64,000 nucleotides of DNA from assembly GCA_002269645.1 (NCBI GenBank), contig NIVC01001912.1, positions 124,001 through 188,000 of the forward strand, written 5' to 3'. The stretch is from Macrostomum lignano. Lineage: Eukaryota. Made by a program: the position numbers and the translations under genes. This document shows, one piece after another, positions 1-9,110 of this stretch; the first letter of the stretch is position 1, and each line of letters starts with the position of its first letter. The notes beneath the pieces were generated by a model, which was given only the letters and a program-made list of their open reading frames with translations, did no database searches and had not been told where the DNA came from.

Positions 1-509
1 CAGCAAGTTTACCATATGCACCCCCACTTTTTGAGCGACCCTTGACACATTTTCATGCCTGATCGATTAGATATATATTTTTTAATTACACTGTACATCT
101 CTGACTTTATCTATGACTATTGCGCTACCCCCCGGTCGTTAACAGAATTGTTGTCTACCCCATCCCCTCACTTTTTAAAACGTTCCGACGCTTATGAAAC
201 AACTTAAACGAATTTGATGGATCATGTGAAATTTAGAGCTTATGCGCATATGAAGTCAAATTTTGCTATCGTCGTGAAAAGTATGAAAAATACTTTTCGA
301 CGATTTGTAGTTTTCGAACTAGTGAAACTGACTAAAAATTTGTCTTTTGTCCTTTTCTCTGGTGGGGAGTATAAGGTCAGCCGATCCCTTGAGCAAATTG
401 ACTCCCCTTGGATCCGCGCTAGTGTCGTCCTCGATCTGGTTCCAATGCAAAAATTGGCAAAAATTAAAGTATACCCTGCTGAGTCACCTTGACATACGGG
501 AGCACGAGA

Positions 510-692
510 CAGTAGCGGATCCAGAAAATTTTGAACGGGGGGCGCAGACTACTAATTAAGGCTCATATATATATGCATATCATGTACAAGTATATGTACA
601 TGATAATGTGTATTTTCAGTAGGCCTATAAAAAAATCGAACTCAACGGGGGGGGGGGCGTGCCCTGTGCGCCCCCCTCTAAATCCGCCATTG
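510..692. mobile_element. 183-bp MITE, hAT-like (8-bp TSD)
   Basis: Imperfect TIRs CAGTAGCGGATCCAG (510-524) / CTAAATCCGCCATTG (678-692); exact 8-bp direct repeat GCACGAGA at 502-509 and 693-700. An 8-bp TSD with CAG-starting TIR is typical of the hAT superfamily. Confidence 0.8.
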
Positions 693-1988
693 GCACGAGA
701 ACGAATTGCCTGCCGAGTTTTTCCCGCAATGCTTTTTTCCCGCAGCACATTTTGAGGAGCATTTGATCGGAGTGGCGGCGGCACGCTGAAAGACATTTAT
801 ATGCCTACTAGACTACTAGGACTACTAGACTTGAAGGACGCAAGCAACACTTGCAAATCGTGCAAAAATAGTTGAAGGCCGAAGGCCGAATTAAAATGTC
901 TGCTGTATCTCCGAATCGGTTGCATGTAGAAGGTTCATTTTTTCGCCAGATTGTTGAGATTGTTGACAATTTATAACCTGTAAATTGAAGTGGCTTGCGA
1001 GTGGCAGCAGAATTTTGCAAGCAAACATAGTTGTACCGAGTTTATTTGCTTATAGCTAAACTTATAAACAGCAGTCTGTCCGCCACAAAATTCAGTAGGT
1101 ATGGTAAAACTATATTGAGCAGATTTAATCGTCTGTCGAACAGCGTTGCAAAGTGATAAAACAACAAAAACAAGAAGGAAAATGGAAAAAGTAAACAAGC
1201 AAAACAAGCAAAATGCTTCTATAAATGCCCAAAACGTCTTTTAACGCATTTTGCATTGTAAAAGTGGTAAAAGTGGTGGCTGACCTGGGCATCTCAGTTC
1301 TGGATATCCAAGAGCATCATAGGAGGATAGACAAGTGTGGATCTGCATGGGCCTCAAGTGGTAATTCAAGACCTTCGAAAATCGGCCTTTAACTATTTTT
1401 ACACGAATCGAGTGTTACGTCCATATATAACGAAGTGTTCCTAGTGGTCCTTGTTATATTGGCCCCGCAAACTTTGAATTCAGGCATATGCGTACATCAT
1501 GATGTGGCAACGAACTGCAACTTGGTCTTGCATACGGCTGCCGCGACAGCACTTAACAGCTAGCCAGATTAGTTCTGCTAATGAGAGATTCTTCTTAAAT
1601 TAACAAAGAAAAAATATATAGGTCGTTAACGTTATAATACTGGCATCGAGTTGTGAGTCATTGAAACGCAAATCAAGGTAAAAAGAAAGTTGCGTGCTCC
1701 TACTTTCAGTAGCGCTATTTGCACATTCCGTCCATTAAATCGTAAAACTGTATTTTGTAAGTTATCAGTACAAAATATATAGATTCTTTTACAGAAAAAG
1801 ATTTAGGTTTTAGGTTTTTTTTACTATAAGACGCCTTTTAGACAGGCAATTTACCGTGTTTCTGTACGAATTTTCCAGATTGAGCGCTATTTATGTGTCT
1901 AGACAGTAGATGCTACGAAAACAAGAACTTTTGCTTTGTATATGATTGAGTTTTCTTATTAAAGATGTTGCAAACCTAAAAATTCTTT

Positions 1989-2179
1989 ATCGCTTCTCGG
2001 CCTTATTGGCTAAGATCAAAGTGTAGTTTCTGTTCTTTAGAGATTAATTCCTCTAACGTAGACCATTGGTCTACTAAGTAATTAATCCGGTTTTTGATAA
2101 GTCGGGCCAGTGCTTCGTGTTCACACGACCTGGTCCACGCGTAGGCCTTGCGCTGCAGTACAGCAAGGATCTGCGCATC
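1989..2179 (+). ncRNA. U2: U2 spliceosomal snRNA, full length, variant sequence
   Basis: Starts ATCGCTTCTCGGCCTTATTGGCTAAGATCAAAGTGTAGT. Stem IIa TTAGAG/CTCTAA (2037-2056), its loop complementary to AATTAAT (2080-2086), stem IIb GTAGACC/GGTCTAC, U5 tract at 2091-2095, stem III, stem IV CCTTGC/GCAAGG with loop GCTGCAGTACA. 3' end approximate. Confidence 0.95.
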
Positions 2180-2285
2180 TAAGAAATCTTAAATATCGAA
2201 GGCGAAGCCATGGTAGTATCAAGGAGTACTGTACATGTATATAGCCATGTAGGGTGGTCCTTTGTGTGGTAGGAAGAAGGTAGAA

Positions 2286-2440
2286 TACCGACGTCAGATA
2301 CAAAACTCTGCTCATCTCAGCCCACCCTGTTAACTTTACTTTTACAGCTTTTACCTCGTGACAGCGATCAACCGCGCTGCAGCCTGGGTCGGCCTAGAGA
2401 TCAACCTGGGTGGTTTCTTTCTGGGTGGTTTCAAGTGCGC
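2286..2440 (+). other. Mosaic 5' junction of retroelement 1 (short shuffled element fragments)
   Basis: 2301-2345 copies the element 3' UTR (5433-5475); 2358-2406 copies RT region 3795-3843 (3 mismatches); 2421-2440 matches 12109-12127 of element 2. Confidence 0.8.
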
Positions 2441-5414
2441 ACCGGCGGAAGCAGCATCGGCGGCAGCAGCATCGGCGGCAGCAGCATCGGCGGCGGCTCC
2501 AGCAGCACCCGCGGCTCCAGCAGCACCCGCGGCTCCAGCAGCACCCGCGGCTCCAGCAGCACCCGCGGCTCCAGCAGCACCCGCGGCTCCAGCAGCACCC
2601 GCGGCTCTGGCTCCAGAAGCGCCAACCACAGCCGCGGCGGCAGCATGCCTTCAAGCGATCGCCAACCTACCAGAGGACGACGCAACAGCCTGGCCAGAGT
2701 TCTGCACCGCCTGCGACAGCTTCATCATCGCCGCACAGCCCGAGAACAACCGCAGAGGGAGGGGCGGACCAAGGCGCAACGACAACCTTGCCGCACGGTA
2801 CGCGAGAAACCGTCGCGAAGCCATGCGCGAGATCCTCGGCGAAGCCCGAGTCGAATGCGCGGTCCCCCTCGCTGACGTCGAAGCCGACTTCCGCCGGAGG
2901 TACGCCGACAGAGGACCCCGCGACTGGGACAGTGACGCGGCATACATCCCAACGGCGACCACCGCAGACCACAGCACAGCGGAACCGATAACGGCAGCGG
3001 ACGTACGGCGCGCCCTCAAGGGTCGGACGGACTCTGCGCCTGGCAACGACGGCCTACGGTACTCCGACCTGACCAAGGCCGACCCGTCCGGACGAGCACT
3101 GGCCGCAATCTCCGACCTCTGCCTGCGCCGATTCCACCGCGTCCCGCCCAGCTGGAAGAGCTACCGCACCATCCTGCTGTTCAAGAAGCCGGACCGGTAC
3201 ATCGCCGGCCAAGAATCCGACCTGTCCAAATGGCGGCCCATCACCCTGCTGGACACGTGCTACAAGATCCTGGCAGCCATCCTGGCGGAGCGGGTCACGC
3301 GGTGGGCGTCCGACGCCGACCTGATCAGCCCAGGACAACGTGGCGGACTCCAGTATGAAGGCTGCGCCGACCACAATTATGTTCTGAGAGCATGCCGCGA
3401 CGACGCGCGCCGCCGCAAAGCCGTCCTCGACGCCGCCTTCGTGGACCTCCGCGACGCCTTCACAAGCGTCCCGCATGACCTCCTGTTCGGCCAGCTCGAG
3501 CGAGGCGGCCTAGACGCAGTCACACAGGCCCTCATCCAAGACATTTACGCCGACAACGTCACTGCGGTGTACACCGGCCCTGATCAGGCGACTGCCGACA
3601 TCCCCGTCGAGAGCGGTGTCCGGCAAGGGTGCCCGCTGTCCGGAGTGCTGTTCGCCCTCTGCATGGAGCCGCTACTGCGTGCGCCAAACCAGGCTGACGG
3701 CTACAACCTCCTGGGGCACAGCAGGCAACTCAGCCTCGCCTACGCCGACGACGCTGCGCTCTTAGCCAACAGCGGCGAGGCCCTGCAGCGCACGGTGACA
3801 GCGATCGACCGCGCCGCAGCCTGGGCCGGCCTAGAGATCAACCCCGACAAGTGTGGCCGCCTCACCATCAACGGCGGGCCCGGGGAGGACTTCCAGCTGC
3901 GCGTACAGGCAGGCGCGATCCGGGCGCTCGCAGAGGACGAATTCTACGAGTACCTGGGCGTGCCGGCCGGCGAACGCCGCTCTGCATCCGTGGCGGCGCT
4001 GCTGGAACGCGCGCTCAACGACCTGACGGCCGTGGCGAACAGCGACCTGCTACCGTGGCAGAAGCTCGACGCCTACAACACCTTCATTGCGTCGCGCCTG
4101 CCATTCCACCTCCGCCTGCGCGACGCCGACTGGACGAAGCTCGGCAACCCAAGGCGCAAACTGCAAGGCCATCAGAGAGCGGAGCTGGGCTACGACGAGC
4201 GCGCACGCCAAATCCTCCGCCGCATCGTCTACCTTCCGACGCAGTCCTCGACAGACTACCTTTACGCCGACAGATGCCACGGCGGCCTTGGCCTGTCCCT
4301 AGCGAAGGAGGAGGCAGCCGTCCAGAAGGTCACCGAGGCCGTCAGGCGACTCTGCTGCACCGACGCCGCGCTCAGAGAGCTAGCCTGGGCCGAACTGCGC
4401 GGTTTGGTCCAACGCCGCCTACGGCTCCGGGCTGCACCTGTCCGACCCCGCGACGTCGCCGACTTCCTTAATGGCGCAGCACTCCCACCCAGCGGAGAAA
4501 CGGCCAGCTGGTGGTTCCAAGTCCGCCACGCCACCCGCGAGGTGCTCCACGCGACCGGGCTGCGCTTCACCATCAGCAACGACTGGACGGCCAGCCTAGA
4601 GTGGCGCGACCCGCTGTCCGGTACAATCCAGCGATGCGACAGAGCGGCAGCAATCACCCGGAGGCTTCACCAGGCGGTCAGGGCAGCGCACACGGCGGCC
4701 TGGCGCGGGTGCCACTCCCAGGGCCGATTCGCCACGACTGCCACGCACATCGGCAGCCACACCTGGCTGTTCAGCAGCACCGGCATGCGCGCCTGCGACT
4801 GGCGCTTCATCCACCGAGCGCGGCTGAACCTGGTGCCCACCAACGCGCTCCGGAGACTGGCCGACCCGACATCCGACCCGCGATGCCGCCGCTGCGGAGC
4901 CGGCGTCGAGACGCTCGGCCACGTCATCAACAGCTGCCCGGTGCACGCGGCCAGGTGGAGGGACCGCCACGACGGCATCGTCAACGCCGTCGCCACCGCC
5001 ATCAGCGAGGCCCGCCCAAACGCGACCATCACCACCGACCAGGAGGTCCTCCCCGGCTCTGATCTGCGACCTGACATCAGCATCATGGATCCAGACAGAG
5101 GCCGCCGTCTCCTGATCGAAGTCAAGTCGCCGTTCGAGGTCGGGCCGGCCACGTTCCCACGCAAGCACCGAGCCGTATGCCAAAAGTACGCCGGCATCAC
5201 GCAGCAGCTCAGCGCAGAGGCGCCAACGGCCCTGGCCACTTTCTGCATCGGCTCGCTGGGCGCCTGGTCGCCCTTCAACAACGCCATCCTGCGCGCTGCA
5301 GGCCTGCGCGAGCGCGACATCCGGCACCTCCAACGTCGACTGGCGCTGCACTGCATCCACTGGAGCCGCAACACGTGGGTGGAGCACTGCACCGGCGCAC
5401 CTCAAATCCACTGA
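2358..5414 (+). CDS. Non-LTR retrotransposon polyprotein (RT + CCHC knuckle + RLE), 1018-aa open frame lacking its native N-terminus
   Basis: APGNDGL, WRPITLL, DLRDAFTSVPH, GVRQGCPLS, YADD (3741), YEYLG; CRRCGAGVETLGHVINSC; RHDGIV, PD and IEVK endonuclease motifs. No stops or frameshifts. The first ~28 codons come from the mosaic junction. Confidence 0.93.
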   Translation: MTAINRAAAWVGLEINLGGFFLGGFKCAPAEAASAAAASAAAASAAAPAAPAAPAAPAAPAAPAAPAAPAAPAAPAAPAAPAALAPEAPTTAAAAACLQAIANLPEDDATAWPEFCTACDSFIIAAQPENNRRGRGGPRRNDNLAARYARNRREAMREILGEARVECAVPLADVEADFRRRYADRGPRDWDSDAAYIPTATTADHSTAEPITAADVRRALKGRTDSAPGNDGLRYSDLTKADPSGRALAAISDLCLRRFHRVPPSWKSYRTILLFKKPDRYIAGQESDLSKWRPITLLDTCYKILAAILAERVTRWASDADLISPGQRGGLQYEGCADHNYVLRACRDDARRRKAVLDAAFVDLRDAFTSVPHDLLFGQLERGGLDAVTQALIQDIYADNVTAVYTGPDQATADIPVESGVRQGCPLSGVLFALCMEPLLRAPNQADGYNLLGHSRQLSLAYADDAALLANSGEALQRTVTAIDRAAAWAGLEINPDKCGRLTINGGPGEDFQLRVQAGAIRALAEDEFYEYLGVPAGERRSASVAALLERALNDLTAVANSDLLPWQKLDAYNTFIASRLPFHLRLRDADWTKLGNPRRKLQGHQRAELGYDERARQILRRIVYLPTQSSTDYLYADRCHGGLGLSLAKEEAAVQKVTEAVRRLCCTDAALRELAWAELRGLVQRRLRLRAAPVRPRDVADFLNGAALPPSGETASWWFQVRHATREVLHATGLRFTISNDWTASLEWRDPLSGTIQRCDRAAAITRRLHQAVRAAHTAAWRGCHSQGRFATTATHIGSHTWLFSSTGMRACDWRFIHRARLNLVPTNALRRLADPTSDPRCRRCGAGVETLGHVINSCPVHAARWRDRHDGIVNAVATAISEARPNATITTDQEVLPGSDLRPDISIMDPDRGRRLLIEVKSPFEVGPATFPRKHRAVCQKYAGITQQLSAEAPTALATFCIGSLGAWSPFNNAILRAAGLRERDIRHLQRRLALHCIHWSRNTWVEHCTGAPQIH

Positions 5415-5831
5415 TTTTGCGCCGAACTCTGCCAAACTCTGCTCATCTCAGCCCACCCTGTTACCTTTACTTTTACCTGTTTTATTTATCTTCCCCTCTG
5501 CATTTTTGTTTTACTTTGTTTTTCTTTAATATTTTACTTTTTACTATTTCGTAGTACACGCACTCTGTAAGCATTTTTCGCTGTGATTCCGCCTCTCGCG
5601 CTCATCCCCGCCGCCATCCCGTCTCCTGCGCCTTCACTTTTTCCCACTGTTTTAATTGCATTTACTTCAATGTTTTACTGTTTTACGCATCCTGCGAACC
5701 CGTTTTTTAGCTACTTTCAGTAGCATCATCGGCTCTTGGCCAAATATTTCTGCTTATATCGCTTATTGTGTTTAATACTTAAATATATTGCCCGACCGTC
5801 GGATACTCGGCCGACGGGCAGGGCCTTTCGC
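2441..5831 (+). mobile_element. Utopia-type (NeSL group, RLE) non-LTR retrotransposon, family 1, 5'-truncated
   Basis: RT plus restriction-like endonuclease ORF, ~415-bp 3' UTR, and 3' end (..AGGGCCTTTCGC) joined directly to U2 nt 41 onward (TCTGTTCTT), the known Utopia target position. Confidence 0.9.
5789..5820 (+). other. Subterminal hairpin in element 1 3' UTR
   Basis: CCGTCGG (5796-5802) pairs with CCGACGG (5811-5817), 8-nt loop, 14 nt before the U2 junction. Confidence 0.55.
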
Positions 5832-5982
5832 TCTGTTCTTTAGAGATTAATTCCTCTAACGTAGACCATTGGTCTACTAAGTAATTAATCCGGTTTTTGA
5901 TGAGTCGGGCCAGTGCTTCGTGTTCACACGACCTGGTCCACGCGTAGGCCTTGCGCTGCAGTACAGCAAGGATCTGCGCATC
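5832..5982 (+). pseudogene. U2: U2 snRNA 3' portion (nt 41-end) downstream of element 1
   Basis: Near-identical to 2029-2179; lacks the 5' 40 nt; the 3' flank 5983-6088 also duplicates 2180-2285. Confidence 0.92.
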
Positions 5983-6088
5983 TTAGAAATCTAAAATATC
6001 GAAGGCGAAGCCATGGTAGTATCAAGGAGTACTGTACATGCATATAGCCATGTAGGGTGGTCCTTTGTGTGGTAGGAAGAAGGTAGAA

Positions 6089-6490
6089 GGAAGGAGGCTT
6101 CACCAGGCGGTCAGGGCAGCGCACACGGCGGCCTGGCGCGGGTGCAAAACTCTGCTCATCTCAGCCCACCCTGTTAACTTTACTTTTACCTGTTTTATTT
6201 ATCTTCCACTCTGCATTTTTGTTTTACTTTGTTTTTCTTTAATATTTTACTTTTTACTGTCTCAAAGTTAATGCACTCTGTAAGCATTTTTCGCTGTGAT
6301 TCCGCCTCTCGCGCCCATCCCCGCCGCCATCCCGTCTCCTGCGCCTTCACTTTTTCCCACTGTTTTAATTGCATTTAAAACGAGCACTGGCCGCAATCTT
6401 CGACCTCTGCGTGCGCCGATTCCACCGCGTCCCGCCCAGCTGGAAGAGCTACCGCACCATCCTGCTGTTCGCTTCGCTTCGCTTCACTCC
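6089..6490 (+). other. Second mosaic of element 1 fragments
   Basis: 6093-6145 = 4660-4712; 6146-6377 = 5433-5664 (3' UTR); 6380-6470 = 3092-3182; then TTCGC reiteration. Confidence 0.85.
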
Positions 6491-7763
6491 GGTGGTGACG
6501 TCGGCGGCACCAGCAGTCCCCGCGGCTCCAGTAGCATCAGTGGTGGCAACAGCAGCAGTACCGGCGGCAGCTGCAGCGGCGACAGCAGCAGCACCGGCGG
6601 CAGCAGCACCGGCGGCAGCGGCAGCGGCGTCAGCAGCAGCACCGGCGGAAGCAGCACCGGCGGCCGCGGCAGCGGCGACAGCAGCAGCACCGGCGGCAGC
6701 AGCAGCGGCGACAGCAACAGCACCGGCGGCAGCAGCAGCACCGGCGGCAGCAGCACCGGCGGCAGCGGCAGCGGCGACAGCAGCAGCACCGGCAGCAGCA
6801 GCACCGGCAGCAGCGGCAGCGGCGACAGCAGCAGCACCGGCGGAAGCAGCACCGGCGGCCGCGGCAGCGGCGACAGCAGCAGCACCGTCGGCAGCAGCAG
6901 CGGCGACAGCAACAGCACCGGCGGCAGCAGCAGCACCGGCGGCAGTAGCACCGGCGGCAGCGGCAGCGGCGACAGCAGCAGCACCGGCAGCAGCAGCACC
7001 GGCAGCAGCGGCAGCGGCGACAGCAGCAGCACCGGCGGCAGCGGAAGCGGCGACAGCAGCAGCACCGGCGGCAGCAGCACCGGCGGTAGCGGCGGCGTCG
7101 ACAGCAGCAGCTCCGGCAGCGGTAGCGGCGCCAGCAGCTTTGGCGGCGGCTCCAGCGGCACCCGCGGCTCCAGCAGCACCCGCGGCTTTGGCTCCAGAAG
7201 CACCAACCACAGCCGCGGCGGCAGCATGCCTCCAAGCGATCGCCAACCTACCAGAGGACGACGCAGCAGCCTGGCCAGAGTTCTGCACCGCCTGCGATAG
7301 CTTCATCATCGCCGCACAGCCCGAGAACAATCGCAGAGGGAGGGGCGGACCAAGGCGCAACGACAACCTTGCCGCACGGTACGCGAGAAACCGTCGCGAA
7401 GCCATGCGCGAGATCCTCGGCGAAGCCCGAGTCGAATGCGCGGTCCCCCTCGCTGACGTCGAAGCCGACTTCCGCCGGAGGTACGCCGACAGAGGACCCC
7501 GCGACTGGGACAGTGACGCGGCATACATCCCAACGGCGACCACCGCAGACCACAGCACAGCGGAACCGATAACGGCAGCGGACGTACGGCGCGCCCTCAA
7601 GGGTCGGACGGACTCTGCGCCTGGCAACGACGGCCTACGGTACTCCGACCTGACCAAGGCCGACCCGTCCGGACGAGCACTGGCCGCAATCTCCGACCTC
7701 TGCCTGCGCCGATTCCACCGCGTCCCGCCCAGCTGGAAGAGCTACCGCACCATCCTGCTGTTC
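6491..7763 (+). pseudogene. Internal fragment of family-1 element (long Ala/Pro linker + pre-RT region)
   Basis: GCA/GCG-rich repeats encoding (A,P,T)n, followed by a near-exact copy of ~2590-3182; breaks at CTGCTGTTC before RT motif 1. Confidence 0.88.
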
Positions 7764-7770
7764 GCTTCGC

Positions 7771-7800
7771 TTCGCTTCTCGGCCTTATTGGCTAAGATCA
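7771..7800 (+). pseudogene. U2: U2 snRNA 5' fragment (nt ~1-30) upstream of element 2
   Basis: TCGCTTCTCGGCCTTATTGGCTAAGATCA matches 1990-2018; U2 nt 31-40 are missing at the junction. Confidence 0.88.
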
Positions 7801-8602
7801 CGGCTCGTCATGTCTCGGCTTGGGTGCTCCACTTCACAGTAACATTGTCGTCTCGGCCTTTGGATTCACTGCTCGGAATATGTACACATGCAAGTGCGGC
7901 CGTCAATTTAGGTCCGAGCGCAACCTTAACGCCCATGCCGGCATCTGCAAGAACTCGGCTACCTCGCCCAGCGGCAGCAGTCCAGAGCTGCCTCGATCGA
8001 CCTCAACAGCGTCGAATCAAGGGACTGATGCAGCGGCTACCAGCAGCAGACGACAGTTTGGAGCAGCGCTGCCGAGGGAGGTTTGCCCGGCCTGCCGTAA
8101 GACACTGACAGCCAAAGGCATGTCTCGGCACTTAAACACCTGCGCAGAGAGGCAACGCGCGGCCGGTAACTACGAGGCTGCGGCCAAGGCAAAAGCAGCA
8201 ACGGACGCGCGGCATCGGTGCACGTATTGCGGCGCCAACTTTGAACGCCTTGCGCGCCACGCTGCCGTCTGCCCGGCGCGCAGTCGGGTTGGCGGAAGCC
8301 AGACTACAGCCAACGCCCCAGCCAGTCAACTGGAAGGAGCGACGCACACCTGCGACAGATGCGGCGCGCGCTTCATGTCAACCAGAGCACGCAACATCCA
8401 TGCCAGTCGGTGCCGTCCACTCGAAGGGCCCGCCCTGGTGGGCACTGTCGCGTGCCGGTTCTGCCGTGGCGTCCCTACCGTCGGCCGCTGGGCTCGGCAT
8501 GCCAGTAGCTGTACAGCACGCGCGGCACTGGCCGCGACTCTGGAAGGTGCGGCAACGGCTACGGCGACTCTGCAGTCCGGCCAGACAGCGGCAATGGCCG
8601 CG

Positions 8603-9110
8603 ACCCCGGAGGATGCGGCACCAGCTACGGCGACCCAGCAGTCCCGTCGGCCAGCGGCACAGGTCGCGACCCCGGAGGATGCGGTACCGGCTACGTCGAC
8701 TCAGCAGTCCGGCCGGCCAGCGGCCCTAGTCACGACCCCGGAGGATGCGGCACCGGCTACGGCGACCCAGCAGTCCGGCCGGCCAGCGGCCCTAGTCACG
8801 ACCCCGGAGGATGCGGCACCGGCTACGGCGACCCAGCAGTCCGGCCGGCCAGCGGCCCTAGTCACGACCCCGGAGGATGCGGCACCGGCTACGTCGACTC
8901 AGCAGTCCGGCCGGCCAGCGGCCCTAGTCACGACCTCGGAGGATGCGGCACCGGCTACGTCGACTCAGCAGTCCGGCCGGCCAGCGGCCCTAGTCACGAC
9001 CCCGGAGGATGCGGCACCGGCTACGTCGACTCAGCAGTCCGGCCGGCCAGCGGCCCTAGTCACGACCCCGGAGGATGCGGCACCGGATACGGCAACTCAG
9101 CAGTCCGGTT
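8603..9110 (+). repeat. Coding 66-bp tandem repeat (TPEDAAPATSTQQSGRPAALVT), 7 full units + 1 partial
   Basis: Read directly in DNA and in ORF 7820..10258. Confidence 0.95.

Noticed and set aside
2358-5414. Keno/Tx1-type U2-targeting element
   Set aside because: Keno uses an N-terminal AP endonuclease; this protein has a C-terminal CCHC + PD..E.K restriction-like endonuclease.
2029-6088. The 257-bp repeat (2029-2285 / 5832-6088) as a target-site duplication of element 1
   Set aside because: It is far longer than TSDs of RLE elements, has several mismatches and is separated from the element by mosaic DNA; segmental duplication fits better.
2394-7657. Antisense and alternate-frame ORFs over the GC-rich retroelements (Cys/Arg-, Gly/Ser- and Leu/Pro-rich)
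   Set aside because: These are shadow ORFs caused by high GC and the Ala/Pro codon repeats.
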